A stretch of 61,686 nt of DNA, filler included, from Sphacelaria rigidula (GCA_964200075.2; 10 parts of 10 records of this genome joined end to end with filler, not necessarily neighbours in it), one strand, 5' to 3'. Numbered from the whole stretch's first letter, positions 26,391-38,052 are shown. Notes: generated by a model from the sequence alone, not told the origin. Numbers and translations: made by a program.

Positions 26391-28892
26391 AGCCAACAAG
26401 AGCCAGCGTGTACACAGCGATCGCATGCGCCAAGAAATTGGGCAGGCCCTCCAGTTGATCTATTGCGTCAACTTCCACCAACGCTCGTCCGCTGCTTTCT
26501 CTTCTCCGACTACGTTTTTTCCGGGGCGCTGGCGGCGGCAGGAGCGGGCGGGTCTCGCCCGGATCGACATCGAGCGACCTCCAGAACGGCCGAAAGGTCT
26601 TTCCGAAAACCATCTTGGTTGAGCACGGACAGCACCCACCAAGTTTTTCAGGGATCCATTTGTGATGCAAGATATCGAGCGAGGAAGCGGTTCTGCACAC
26701 AAAAAAAACGACCCCAAGATGAAGAGGGCCACTGGTTACTGTCTATGTACTCCCCTTATCATAGAATCCACGATGCTTCTCGCCGTGCCACCAATGCAAA
26801 CCGGATCTGTATCTCTGGATTCCTGTGGGTGCAAAGTATCCCATGGCTATATGCCATGTGTCATTTGCCAAGTGCGTCAATGCCCGTTGTATCATCACTA
26901 CTTACGGCCGCGGGTCTGAACGTAATGAATGTCAATCTGGACATACAGTGCTGGCAGGGGCAGAGGGTAACTGCTGAAGGGCTCAATCTCTGGCGAGTGG
27001 AGTGTGCGATGGCGTCGTGGCTCGCCCGGGTATGCTCACCCCTAGGTATCGAGACCACCGGCTCTGTTATAGCAGCACCATCATCTCAGCATTCCCAGAC
27101 AACTGGGGAACTTGACAACAGCAGGGCTACACAGCAATATGGGGGTGATGAGGGTGATGGATTGCCCAGACCTCGGGACGTGGAAGGCAACACCAATATT
27201 AAGAGCATCAGCAGCCCGCCTGATCGTGTTGTTAATGCCGATGTTGTCGAGACAAGCCCGCACCCCCCCGCAGGGGAGGACACAGCAACCGGTATCGATT
27301 GCGGTGGCGGTGCCATTAGTGATAGTGACAACAGCATGACGACGGTGGCTGTTGACGTGGGGAATAGAGACGCAGTACCAGTAGCGCCGCAAGGAAGTGG
27401 CGCAGGTATTATTGCAGCAGGCCATTTGCCCGAGCGGGACCACGACGCAGCTCTTACAGAGGATGCTGTACCAGGGAATAGTACAGGTAGTTTCGACAAA
27501 AAGGACGGCAGCGTTGCGAGTTGGCATGCAGGTGTCCTTGGCAATGGCGCCAGCGTGTCAGGCGAGAACACCCCCGCCGCCAAGCCTTCGCTTGACCTTG
27601 CAATTGGCGAGTCTTCGACAATGGCGCCGACGACAGTAGGTCGGGACACGACAACTGCAGCCACAGATCATGATTCAAGGAGTGCTGCCGTTATCTCATC
27701 GGTGCTACAAGCTGAATATAAAACCTATTGTAGCGGGACGGTAGCCGCTGAAGAAGCTCAGGCGCCCGCAGATGCCACGGATGATCGTGTCGGCGCGACC
27801 ACCCCGTGGTTGGAGACACTGCTATTTAAGGCGAGCCGGCAGCAACAGCAACATCTGCAAAAGCGACAGCAGCAGCAGCAGCAGCAGCAGATGCCCGACC
27901 AGGGTGTCGAGAAGGCTAGACCTGCAGCGGCATCTTTGGTGAATACTGCTGCGGCAACCCAAGCTGTTGTGGTCACCCCACAAGTGGCGCCGGCATACTC
28001 ACTACCCGTGGCCAAGAGCAAGAGCAACATCAACGGCGGCAAACCAGCAGGCTTGAAGAAAACTACATCGTCAGACAGTAGCAATACGTCGCTAGGAGCA
28101 GTCCCAGCATCATCAGCATCACGTGTGTTGTCGTCGTCAAATGTAGCAACCGCCGCCGGTACTCCACTACACGTGTCGGTCGCCGACCCTTCGGCGGCCC
28201 CGTTGCTCCAAGCGATACTCTCTCCGTCGGTGCCGTCATCCGGAACCCCTGTCCTTGCTACATCCTCTCTGACCCCACCACCGCCCCCGATATCCCCGCC
28301 GCAGCTGCAGCGTCGTTCGGTACGTCAAAAGCCATCGTCCTCGAAAAAGAGCCGTACCGCCGCCGATAAGAAGAGAGACGGAGCTAAGCGACCCGCATCA
28401 GCTGTCGCTACCGGCAGTGGTGGTGGCGGTGGAGGCAGCGGTGCAATTACCGTGAAATCTGTTTCGCCCCGACCAGCGAAACCTAAAAAGGGGCGAGGAC
28501 GGGCGCAGTCTCTGGGGCCGAAACCAGAGGATGGGGGTGCTCGGGGGCGTGGCGAGGGTAAGGGTAAGGGTAGGAAGAAACGTCGTGCTGGCGGTGGCGG
28601 CGGCGGCGGCGCTGTTGCCGGAAAGGGTGGGGGAAAGGGTGGAATGAAGATTGAGATTCTGAGAGAAGGTATCGAGAAGAGTGAAGAGGGGAGGAAAGGT
28701 GATGTAGCTGGGGCGGATTTTGATTTCGATCCGTTTGCTTCCCCCGGCCGGGCTCGCCGACGTGTATACAAAGGTTCGGAGCACGGTAAGGTGAAGTTTC
28801 TGTTCCCCAACATGTCGCCGTGGCGGAGGAATAAATTACGTTTCGACGAGGAGTCGCTATGGAGCGTCACGGACCAAAAAACCGCCGACGAG
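26391..28892 (+). CDS. large exon of a Tgs1-like RNA cap guanine-N2 methyltransferase gene; long Ala/Ser/Gly/Lys-rich and poly-Q region, then the domain start (KLRFDEESLWSVTDQKTADE)
   Basis: 2.5-kb open frame bounded by ttgtag| and GAG|gtatga. The C-terminal motif resembles Tgs1 'LDxEGWFSVTPExIA'. Confidence 0.8.
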
Positions 28893-29586
28893 GTATGATG
28901 TGTGTCCCACAGCCTCTGTTTTTCGTAGTCGCTCCCTACGTGCATGTCACTTGTCCGTCGAAGTCCATATTTTCCCGAAGTAGGGGGTTGTGTTGGCGCT
29001 TACCGCAAAATAGAAAAGAGTTGAACGGCCTACTGTGGAGGGTAAAATACACCGCAGCTTGCAAGCGAAACTGTTTCGAAAGAGAGATAATGGTTGGGAA
29101 ACGTGCTTTTTTATGTATGTAGTCGTACATGTTCAGGTCATCGACCTCGAAAACTAAGTCACAGCACATTCAAAACACCAGAACCCATATCAATGGAGTC
29201 AAAAGCGCACCTACTCTCTGCGCTGATGCTCTCGCGGTTTCTGAGCACTCTATGCCTCCGCTGCAGTGTGCCAAGTTGGGGCGGGCGACGGTTGCTCTGA
29301 TCTATTCTATTCGAGGATGATGTTGGATAAATGCAGCGTCGACCCCACCCCGTTTCCCGCTCCCCGGTCCTTCCCTACCCCCCCTCTCCCGTTGAATGTA
29401 GGCCCAGGTCTCTTCTGTGCTTTCAATAGTCGCTACCGTATGTTTCTTGACAAAAAAAACACTAGATCGACTACTGATCTGAATTTTCTTGACCGTTGTT
29501 TGTACTTGGCCATGTTCACAACCTTCTCCGTATGAAAATCATGCTTTGTCCTCTCCCGGCGGATGCGTTTGTTGGTTGGAGAGCAG

Positions 29587-29702
29587 ATCAGCAACGCGGT
29601 CCTGCTTCTGCCGGGCGTGAGCGCGGAAACGATAGTTGTGGACGGCACGGCGTGTGTTGGTGGCAATGCTATCTCGTTCGCTTCTAATTTCGACGAAGTT
29701 TG
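29587..29702 (+). CDS. next exon of the Tgs1-like methyltransferase, carrying SAM-binding motif I (IVVDGTACVGGNAISFASNF)
   Basis: gagcag|ATC ... TG|gtgagt, in phase with the previous exon. Resembles Tgs1 'VVDAFCGVGGNTIQFA'. Confidence 0.85.
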
Positions 29703-30795
29703 GTGAGTGGAGTTTGTACCTGCCCCACTCCAAGGCCGCCTACAGTAGTAGTAGTAGAGGTAGAAGCAGTAGTAGTAGTGCAGGTTGGATCCGCTCAACC
29801 TTATTACTACTGTCCGGCAGAACTTGGAAGTGGAATTGCCAGGACTGTGTGTACCGGCCGATACCGACAATGTCTATGGGTCGAAACCAATACAATCTGC
29901 CGTATCGTTTCAGCATTCGGCATGCACCAAATCCGCCAGTTTCGCTTGCTTGACTTCACCCAGCGAGTGATTATCTGCCGCATGTTAATTGATTCGCTAC
30001 GTCGCACATTAGTTGATTCGCTGCGTACCGAACAGCCATGGTAACAGGAGCTACGATGAAGTACGCTGTGTAATATCACTGATTACGATCGAACTTTGCT
30101 GCCCTGGCCTGGCGTCTAACAGATGGAACCACTGATATTTTCGTGATCTATCGGCTGCGCCTACATGTCGTGATCATATTGTCAGATGCTCACGGTGAAG
30201 CGGACCAACCCTACAGAGTACCAACCTACCATGTGTAACCATGTACTCTCCAGGTGTATGGAGTTTCTAGAGGATGCCCACACACGGTTCCGGTAGTGTG
30301 TCGCGACCAATTGTGTGTGTTTCTTCCTTTGAAATAAAAATCATGTTTCAAAGCGGTGAACCTTGAAAGTGGGATCTCGACCGTAGTATGTATACTTCGG
30401 AGAGGGATCAACCACTGAAGCGCAAGTATATATGCATGCATGGCGGCGGATTCCCACACGGTTAGGGTGAATTATCATATCCTATATCCATCCTGGAGGG
30501 TGCGACACGATCTCCAGGCATCTCCGAAGCCCAGCCGCCTCACTTGTGTTTGTTCATCATCACATCAGATCGATCTTTCTGATTCGCGGTCAACTCGTAC
30601 CAATATCTGGAAAACAGAGTGCAGTGCACGTGTTTTCTTCGCATTCAGTAACATACTCCAGTGTCAGAGGCATGGCTGTGGGCGGCTGCCCAACTTCTAA
30701 GATTTAGAGAGCACCTGCATCCTTCCGCCGCCAAAACTCGGCTGGTATACGAGCTGGGCCGGCCAAGACGCCAAACGCTCGCCAATATGGCTGTG

Positions 30796-30895
30796 NNNNN
30801 NNNNNNNNNNNNNNNNNNNNNNNNNNNNNNNNNNNNNNNTTAATTAATTAANNNNNNNNNNNNNNNNNNNNNNNNNNNNNNNNNNNNNNNNNNNN
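30796..30895. other. artificial contig spacer
   Basis: 44 N + TTAATTAATTAA + 44 N. Confidence 0.99.
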
Positions 30896-30984
30896 ATGCC
30901 ACTTCAGCCCCATATTTTTGTATGAACCCCAAAATATAAAATCGGCTGTTCTTTGTAATCATTAATATGTTATGTGAAATGTCG

Positions 30985-31183
30985 TCCCCTTGTCCCAAAA
31001 CAAAATCCATCTTTAGTCAATCTATTAACTATTTAATAGACCAGTTTGTTGAATTAGAATCAAAATTGAAACTGAAATTAAAAACAAAAATTAATGTAAA
31101 ATATATAGTATCGAAGTTGAGCAATTGTCTTTTCCTTGCCCCCCCCAAAAAAAAAGTCGAACCATCCATCCTCCAAAAATCCA
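30985..31183 (+). repeat. two copies of the ~45-bp motif TCCCCTTGTCCAAAAAATAAAATCCAACCATCCATCCTC, downstream of the Rep gene
   Basis: Copies at ~30985-31011 (partial) and ~31124-31183, in the same orientation as the 33849-34363 array. Confidence 0.7.
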
Positions 31184-31185
31184 TT

Positions 31186-31276
31186 GTTGTGCATCTGGAA
31201 GCGTTAAGAGTCCCTGGACTAGATAAGATATCGCACAAAAAGTGCACACCTACCGTAGCGTTGCTCATCTGGTGTG
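31186..31276 (+). mobile_element. terminal fragment of dispersed repeat family D (...gtgcacccctaccgtagcattgctcatctggtgtg)
   Basis: Related segments at ~47040-47147, ~3468-3730 and ~51290-51490. Confidence 0.65.
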
Positions 31277-31694
31277 AAATCGAACCTGTGATCTCTCCCC
31301 CCTAATGGCATCAGTTGGACTACTTGACCCTTTTTGAACACGCGGGGAAAAGGCGGGAAGGAAAGATCATTCAAAAGACAGTGAAAAGGATACTGACACA
31401 CAAATGGTAGCCATAACGGCGCCGCTCGTATTGCACTGTACGGGGAAACAAGGAAAGTACGACGCGAAAGGGGCTACTGCAATGTCGTAGGAAGGACAGA
31501 GACCCAGGGAAGAAACGAAATACACAAAAGAAAGGGAGAAGCAATCACAATCGATCGAAGAATGCAGAGGCAGCTAAGTACGGCTACGACGCTTGCCAAG
31601 AGTGACACCAGCACACAGAACACGTCCGCCGGGAGTCGTCGGCAGAAGCGGACAGGCCGCAACTTGGGTGGAGTAAGCCGTCGCAGGAGCCGGC

Positions 31695-33599
31695 TCACGG
31701 TACCATGCCGATACAACCACCTGTAACACAGCCAGGCTCGGAGCAAGAAGAATGAACCAAAAGCAGGAGGTCTTCGATGCCGTCGTCCGGTGCTCCAGGA
31801 CCGTTGCGGAAAGTAGGAGTCAGAGCGGAAGGGCGGCAGGCCGGCTGAACACCGTCGTCCGAATCGCTGTCCGGGCCAACGGGGAAGTTAGGCACGCCTG
31901 GCATCCGGAGGTCGGCGACGATTCCTTAACTCGCGTACGGCGTTGACGGCATCGGCGATCTCCGCGCGGCGTTCGGCGTCGACCTTAGCCTGGTCGCACG
32001 TGAGCTCGATCCATTCCGCGTCTTGATGGTCCCAAAGAGCGAAACTCTCGCTGACTCGCCCACCGGAGCCGCCGGAGAAAAAGAGGGTGTACGCATGTTC
32101 TCGTCGGAAAAGGGACGGGCACACGAGAGCGACGAACTAAGCTTCGGCCCTCAACGCTTCCATAGGATGGGCGCTCGTGGGACAAACCCAGGAGGAGCTG
32201 GGGAGATACTCCCCATCTTGGATCATCCACGTGAGGATGGCCACAGAAGAAGGCGTGAGTGGACGCAAGAATTCCTCCCGAAAGCGTCGGACGCAAGACC
32301 AGAAATTCTTCTTGCCGAGTTCGAGGCGCACGTCCTTCACGATCTGACGCTGCAGCTTCCGGTACTCGGCGAGAGCGACCTTAATCTCCGTGCGAGACAC
32401 GTTCTTAGTCGCCGTCCGGAAGTGGCCTCTCCCGACATCCTTGGAGCAGTAGCCGACCATAGCTGGAGGGATATAAAAGGCACATGGAGAGAGGAGCGAC
32501 GGAAAGGGAAGAGCGATGCGAGGTAATGGACGGGAAAGAAGATAGGAGGAAGGAAAGGTTCGGGAGTGAAGGCGTACAGTAAGATGCGCAATGCAGGAGG
32601 GAGAGGTGAGGGTCGGGAGAAAGGGAGGAAGAATTCCAAGAAATATTTTCAAGTAAGAAACGAGAGTAGGAAATAATGCGTGAGCGATATTTAGAGAAGG
32701 AAATAAAATTGGAAGGGTACGAAGAGAAAAAAAAGTTGCCTTCAAAAGACTGCTTGGCACCGAGAGGTTTGACGTCAATCTTGAGTCGTAGATCAGGTCC
32801 CCAACTCTCGAACGTTTTAAGTTGTTACGTACGTCCGTGTTTATCTTCTTATCATCGTCGTAGGCCTTCACGATTCCCAATGTAAAAATCCCCTGGACGT
32901 GTAGGTTCCCCTTTTGCCCTCGAGACTAACTAACCCGCGCGTCGCCTTCTTCCCCAATAAGTGCGCCGGGTCATCGAAAATGGTGGCGGGTATGTTCCCC
33001 GCGTCGCGGGATGCTATCGTCAGAGAGAAGTCCACAGGATTCCCTGTTTCGGAATTGATGATATTGTCGATGACGTCACCGGTGCGGGGGCAGAGGTGGA
33101 CCGGAGATGGCTGACGCCGCGGACGACCGCGAGGCCGCGGCCAGGGGATAGAAGGGTCGGCAGCGGAGCGAGGGCAGGTACCGCTGACGTCGCCGGCGGC
33201 GCGGGGTTCGGCCGAGGAAGCATCGGCACCCCTGGCGTCGGAGGCGGCGGGGCGAGGGGAGGCACCGGCAGGGCGGCCGGAATTGGCGGCGCTGGCAGCG
33301 GTGGATGAAGCGGACATAGCGCCGTCGGAACCGGAGGGGATAGCTGACGCGGTACGAATGGAGGGGGCGGAGCGGCTGGAGGTGACGCCGTCGGAGACGG
33401 CGGCGATGCGGGGGCGTCCGCGGCGTCGCGGTTGACCGGCGAGTGGAGAGGATGGTGCGGTGGCGGCAGATGTCCGGACGAGATCCTCGGTGGTAGAGAC
33501 GCGGGGACGACGACCACGCGACCGCCCCGTGCGCGTAGGCCCATCGGGCGCAAGTGAAGGCGCAGGCCGGTCGTCAGTCGTACCCGTAGAACCCACCAT
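31695..33599 (-). pseudogene. degenerate Replitron-like HUH (Y1) endonuclease/transposase gene
   Basis: Reconstructed frame has motif I DFSLTI (33015-33032), motif II GNLHVQG (LHVQ at 32893-32904) and motif III KPLGAKQSFE|AMVGYCSKD (YCSK at 32440-32451), then GHFRTATKNVS and a C-terminal block ILTWMIQDGEYLPSSSWV...RAEA. Needs two frameshifts near 32910 and 32810, an intron 32739-32463 and readthrough of a TAG at 32137-32139. Confidence 0.8.
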
Positions 33600-33848
33600 G
33601 GCCGCAGGGTGCGGCGACGGGGTGACACCTCCGGCATGTGAGGGGTTACGAGGTGGAGACGCCGTCGTGAATGTCGTGGGCGATGCCCGACGCGTTAAAG
33701 AGGAAGGAGAGAGTGGCGCTGACGGGGGGAAAAGGAACAAGTTTCAGAAAAGAATAAGAATAAACGATGAGAAGATGAGATAATATCTGTGGTTATGTTG
33801 GAGGAATGAGTGCGAAATAAAAAAAGTGAAGTCGCGAAAATAGTGTAT

Positions 33849-34363
33849 TCCCCTTGCCCAAAAAATAAATCTTCCCCTTGTCCAAAAAATAAAATCCAAC
33901 CGTCCATCCTAAAATATATCATTTATTCATTTGATCTAATATCGTACTGATGCCTGGAAAGAGATTATTGCCCTCAAGTCATGAAAAAGAAAATTGTCTT
34001 CCCCTTGTCCAAAAAATAAATCCAACCATGCATCCTAAAATATATAATAATTTGTTAATTTTATTTACCTATAATATATTTGTATCTATTGTCTTTCCCT
34101 TGACCAAAAAATGAAATCCAACCATCTATCCTCAAACAATGTGTAATTAATTAATTAATTAATTAGTTAATTAATTAAACAAATATATAATATTTTATAC
34201 TTGTTATTCACTCAGGACCTCACAATTTCGGTCATCGGAATCGATGTTTGTATGGCGTGTAGTGGTTATCAATATAAGTCCAAAAAATAAAATTGAACCA
34301 CCCATCCTATTGTATTTCCCTTGTCCAAAAAATGAAATCCAATCATCCATCCTCAAACAATCC
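33849..34363 (+). repeat. array of about six dispersed direct copies of the ~45-bp motif in AT-rich DNA upstream of the Rep gene
   Basis: Copies start near 33849, 33873, 33993, 34088, 34278 (partial) and 34309. Confidence 0.85.
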
Positions 34364-34996
34364 TTCATGAATTAGTTATGTATTTTAATTACAATTAAAT
34401 TACAAGCTCAAAACAACCGAGAAATGAACGTAAAGTTAGGCGTCATAAAGCTATGCGCACGTTGTTCTTTCTTGTAGTAATTGGTGTTTTCCCTAGTGGT
34501 ATAACGTGTTCGAGCGCAAATAAATACAGAGTAATGATGAAACTTGGGAAAGATCACAGAAGTTATGAATTGATGCACCAGAGAGGGGAAGATGGGGAAA
34601 AGGTAAAAAGGAAGAAGAAAATTAACGTATCGTACAAAGTGAGAACTGTATACAGGGTGATGATGGAGTGGGGAAACATGGAGAAATATATTCGCTGATG
34701 GAGACGTGGTGCAGACGCGAAATTTCGAAATACTACAAATAAGAAATTGGATGTGGAATACTAAATACGGTTAGTTATTATGAAAATAAAAATGACGAAA
34801 TGAAGAGAATGTGAAGTGGGAGAGCAAAGCGCCATAGAGATCCGAACGAAATCGTACAAAACAGGAAGAAAAATACAGACCCGAAAAAAATGAGAATATT
34901 AGTAATGAAAGAAACGTAAAACGGAACGAACGGCTCCCCATAATTTGTAGGGCTATATCACAGATGCTTGGAATTTCACTTATTTATGAAAGGAGA

Positions 34997-35245
34997 CGGA
35001 TAAAATACATGTTGCCATACACTCTTGATCAGAGTTGAGAAACATAGCCAAATATTGGGTGATGGAGATGCGGTGCAGACGCGAATTTTGGATTTAGAAC
35101 ATACCTAAATATTTTATGTGAAAGGAAACGGATAAAACCCATGTTGCCATACTCTTCATCAGAGTTGAGAAACATAGCCAAATATTGGGTGATTGGGATG
35201 CGGTGGAGACGCGAATTTTCGATTTAGTACATAAATATTTTATGT
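34997..35245 (+). repeat. ~130-bp tandem duplication
   Basis: acggataaaa...catgttgccata...atcagagttgagaaacatagccaaatattgggtgat...gcggt...agacgcgaatttt occurs twice. A partial third copy lies near 34698. Confidence 0.8.
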
Positions 35246-35419
35246 GGGAAAGGATGTACTACTAGGGAGTATAAAACATGCAAGAATAAACTGAAGGAAA
35301 CATTAACTGGAAGAGACAAAGAAGATATCAGAAGAAATGACAAACGGAGAAAAAATAAATAAAGAGAATGTCAGTAATGGAAACAAAACATAAACGTTGA
35401 TAAAAACGATAGGTATAAC

Positions 35420-35704
35420 TCACAATACAGGCGAGAGCGTTGCACTGTCGGAGACAGAGTCGACGGAGGCAGTCGGCGTTGCGGTCTTCCAAGCGGGGGC
35501 AGTAGTGTTGCTTTGTACACGCTGCTTCTTGGGCGGAGATTCGTAGTCGTTGGTGTGGTCGTCGTCGTCGGACTCGTTGCTGTGATCGTCTGATTCGTCG
35601 TCGGACGTTAGACACTCGAGGACGTCGTGTCGTTTCTTCCCCGAGAAGACGTCGCACTCCTCGAGAGCTCGGCGCTGCTGCTTCGTACACTTGGTGACGA
35701 ACGC
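35420..35704 (-). CDS. putative terminal exon encoding an acidic tract and an NLS-like PPKKQRV
   Basis: Polypyrimidine tract plus cttag|GCG, then 94 open codons (AFVTKCTKQQRRALEECD...SDDESDDHSNESDDDD...ESPPKKQRV...) to TGA. GC-rich island in AT-rich DNA. Confidence 0.5.
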   Translation of the reverse strand, partial: AFVTKCTKQQRRALEECDVFSGKKRHDVLECLTSDDESDDHSNESDDDDHTNDYESPPKKQRVQSNTTAPAWKTATPTASVDSVSDSATLSPVL

Positions 35705-36974
35705 CTAAGAGGAAGAGGGAAGTACGAGAGAACAGTGTAGCGGGTGAGAAATCAGGAATAGGATTGGCTTGTGTGCGGTGGACAGCGGGTCGCAGAAGGA
35801 CATGCGAAGTAAGAAATCGCGTGGGCGAAACTGAGGAGGAGGTGATTAAAATGAAAAGATAATAACTTTCAATATTCAAAGCACATGAATTATAAACAGC
35901 CATACATCTATGTTGAGGATGGTGCTATACAGAATTAGTCGACGAAAAAATTTCCAATTCATATTCATGAAATTGTTATTCTTGAATTAAAGTTCGAGGA
36001 ATTTTTTTCAACAAAATAAGGAACCCTATTCATTTTTAATTTTGACTAGTTACTGAAAACATAAACTATTTCATGTCAACTTTTTAATTTTTGGCAGGCG
36101 CATATATTGCTGAAGCAGTTGAGGGACATTAACATATAATTACAATTTTAGAAGTAAATTTGCCTACTTGAAAAAAAAGAAATGATGAATTTAAAAAGGA
36201 GGAATAAGCAACCCATTAAACAAATAATCTTAAAAGGTTTTGAGGTTACGTAAAGTCATTGAGTCCATTTGCGGCCGCAGAAGTAGAACTAAGGATTTTT
36301 GTGCAGAACTATGGGCGCGAAAAAAACAGGAGTCAAAACTATGTTGCAGAGATTCCCGAGATACAGCAGATTTTGAAGAGAATGGCCATAATCGGCGCAG
36401 ATTTTGAAGAGGGCAGCGCAGAGTTGCCATTTGCCCGGGCGAAAAACCTGCAGGTAGACAGACTGACGTCCTCCTTCAAGGGCCGCACACGTTACACGTT
36501 CATGTTGCACATATGAGATCAAAAGTAAAGCCATGCCAGTACTACGGTGGGGGACGCGGACAAGGTGGGGAGCTCTGATAAAAAGTAAAGTCAGATCAGG
36601 GGTCCCTACGCGGTCGTCGTCGGTATTACTGCCCTTGCTTAACATTGGAGGTACCAAAAAAAAAGGCAGAGAAGAAACAAATGCGCAGGAAAGGCGCAGA
36701 AAAGCGAAAAAAAGCAGGAAAACTACATGAAATGCGCGATAAACGAGCGAAATAATGAGGAGATTGACTCAATGGGTAGTGACGTCGCGGTTGTGCGGTC
36801 GAGAATCACGAAATACACAGTGCAGTACAGTGAGAGACAAAAACAGCCGAAGCGGAATCGAAAAATAAAAATACGGTGGCGAAGGCAGCAAAGGAGGGAG
36901 ATGGTGAACATAACACAGATAGTAACAGCGAATCATCTATATTGAGGATGGTGCTTTTTGTTGAGGATGAAACA

Positions 36975-37074
36975 NNNNNNNNNNNNNNNNNNNNNNNNNN
37001 NNNNNNNNNNNNNNNNNNTTAATTAATTAANNNNNNNNNNNNNNNNNNNNNNNNNNNNNNNNNNNNNNNNNNNN
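36975..37074. other. artificial contig spacer
   Basis: 44 N + TTAATTAATTAA + 44 N. Confidence 0.99.
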
Positions 37075-37210
37075 CACTCAAATGACAAGTACTTGGGGGG
37101 ATTTTACGGCGTGCATAGTCAGGGGATGAACGAGATCTCCGGTCTGTTCGTGCTTTTGGTCGGTGACACTTTTTTGGCTCATTTTGGGGGGTCAGGCGCA
37201 CCCATAACTG

Positions 37211-38052
37211 TAAGGGCAGGTCGACTAGAGTATTTGAGGTCGTACTCAATCTACTCAAATGTTTGAGTAGAGTATTGAGATCATACTCAATCTACTCAAA
37301 CTTTGAGGAGAGTATCAGGGCATCCTCAAGTGATACTCTACACTCAAGTATTACTAAGGATCCTACTCAATATTTGAGTAGTGTATTTGAGGCCATACTC
37401 GACACCGTGTACACATTCCCGTTGGTTCTATACACGGGGGCCGCCTCTACAACCGGGACCGCCGGAGCCTCTCTTGGGGCCAGGTCCGTCACTCCTGACC
37501 CCGTCGCGCTTTCTCCTTTTCCTTCCTCTGGCGACTGTTCTGATGCTTCCGAGTCTTGCACTGTTTCCACCGCTGACCCTCCCATGGAGGAGTCACGTGT
37601 GTGGCCAGTAGAGTCGCTCATTTTGATGATACCTACTCGACTACCCGTCTACTCGATTACTCAGTGATTATGGGTAGCGCTCTGTACTGAAAGTGATATC
37701 GAAGGCGTTGCGAGATATCGAGTATGTACTGCTGTGGTTGGGGGCTGGTATGATGGGCGCTGGGGCGGGTATGTTCACTGGTCATTCACCTGTACGTTTT
37801 TTTTTTTTATGGCCATCATTCGCCCATGTATCCAACATAGTCTGTGAAGTGACGTCACGAAGTCGCCGACGGTCACGGATACTAGCCATACCCAAGTGGT
37901 ACTCCTTACTCAAATAGTAGGGTATTGAAGGTCGTACTCGATCTACTCGAACTTTGAGTAGAGTGCTTGAGGCCATACTCGACCTGCTCAAACTTTGAGT
38001 AGAGTAAATACTCGAGTACTCAAAAGTACATACTTTACTCGACCTGCCTTTG
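37211..38052. mobile_element. non-autonomous TIR element related to the 16674 hAT MITE, with subterminal tactc/gagta repeats
   Basis: Ends taagggcaggtcga ... tcgacctgcctttg resemble the MITE TIRs. Many tactcaa/ttgagta motifs at both ends. No TSD seen. Confidence 0.6.

Noticed and set aside
31695..33599. Helitron or endogenous CRESS-DNA virus as the identity of the Rep
   Set aside because: Only one catalytic Tyr, no Walker A/B helicase motifs or capsid ORF, and an apparent spliceosomal intron.
34145..34178. Another assembly linker inside contig 6
   Set aside because: No flanking Ns; it is a natural (TAAT)n microsatellite in AT-rich DNA.
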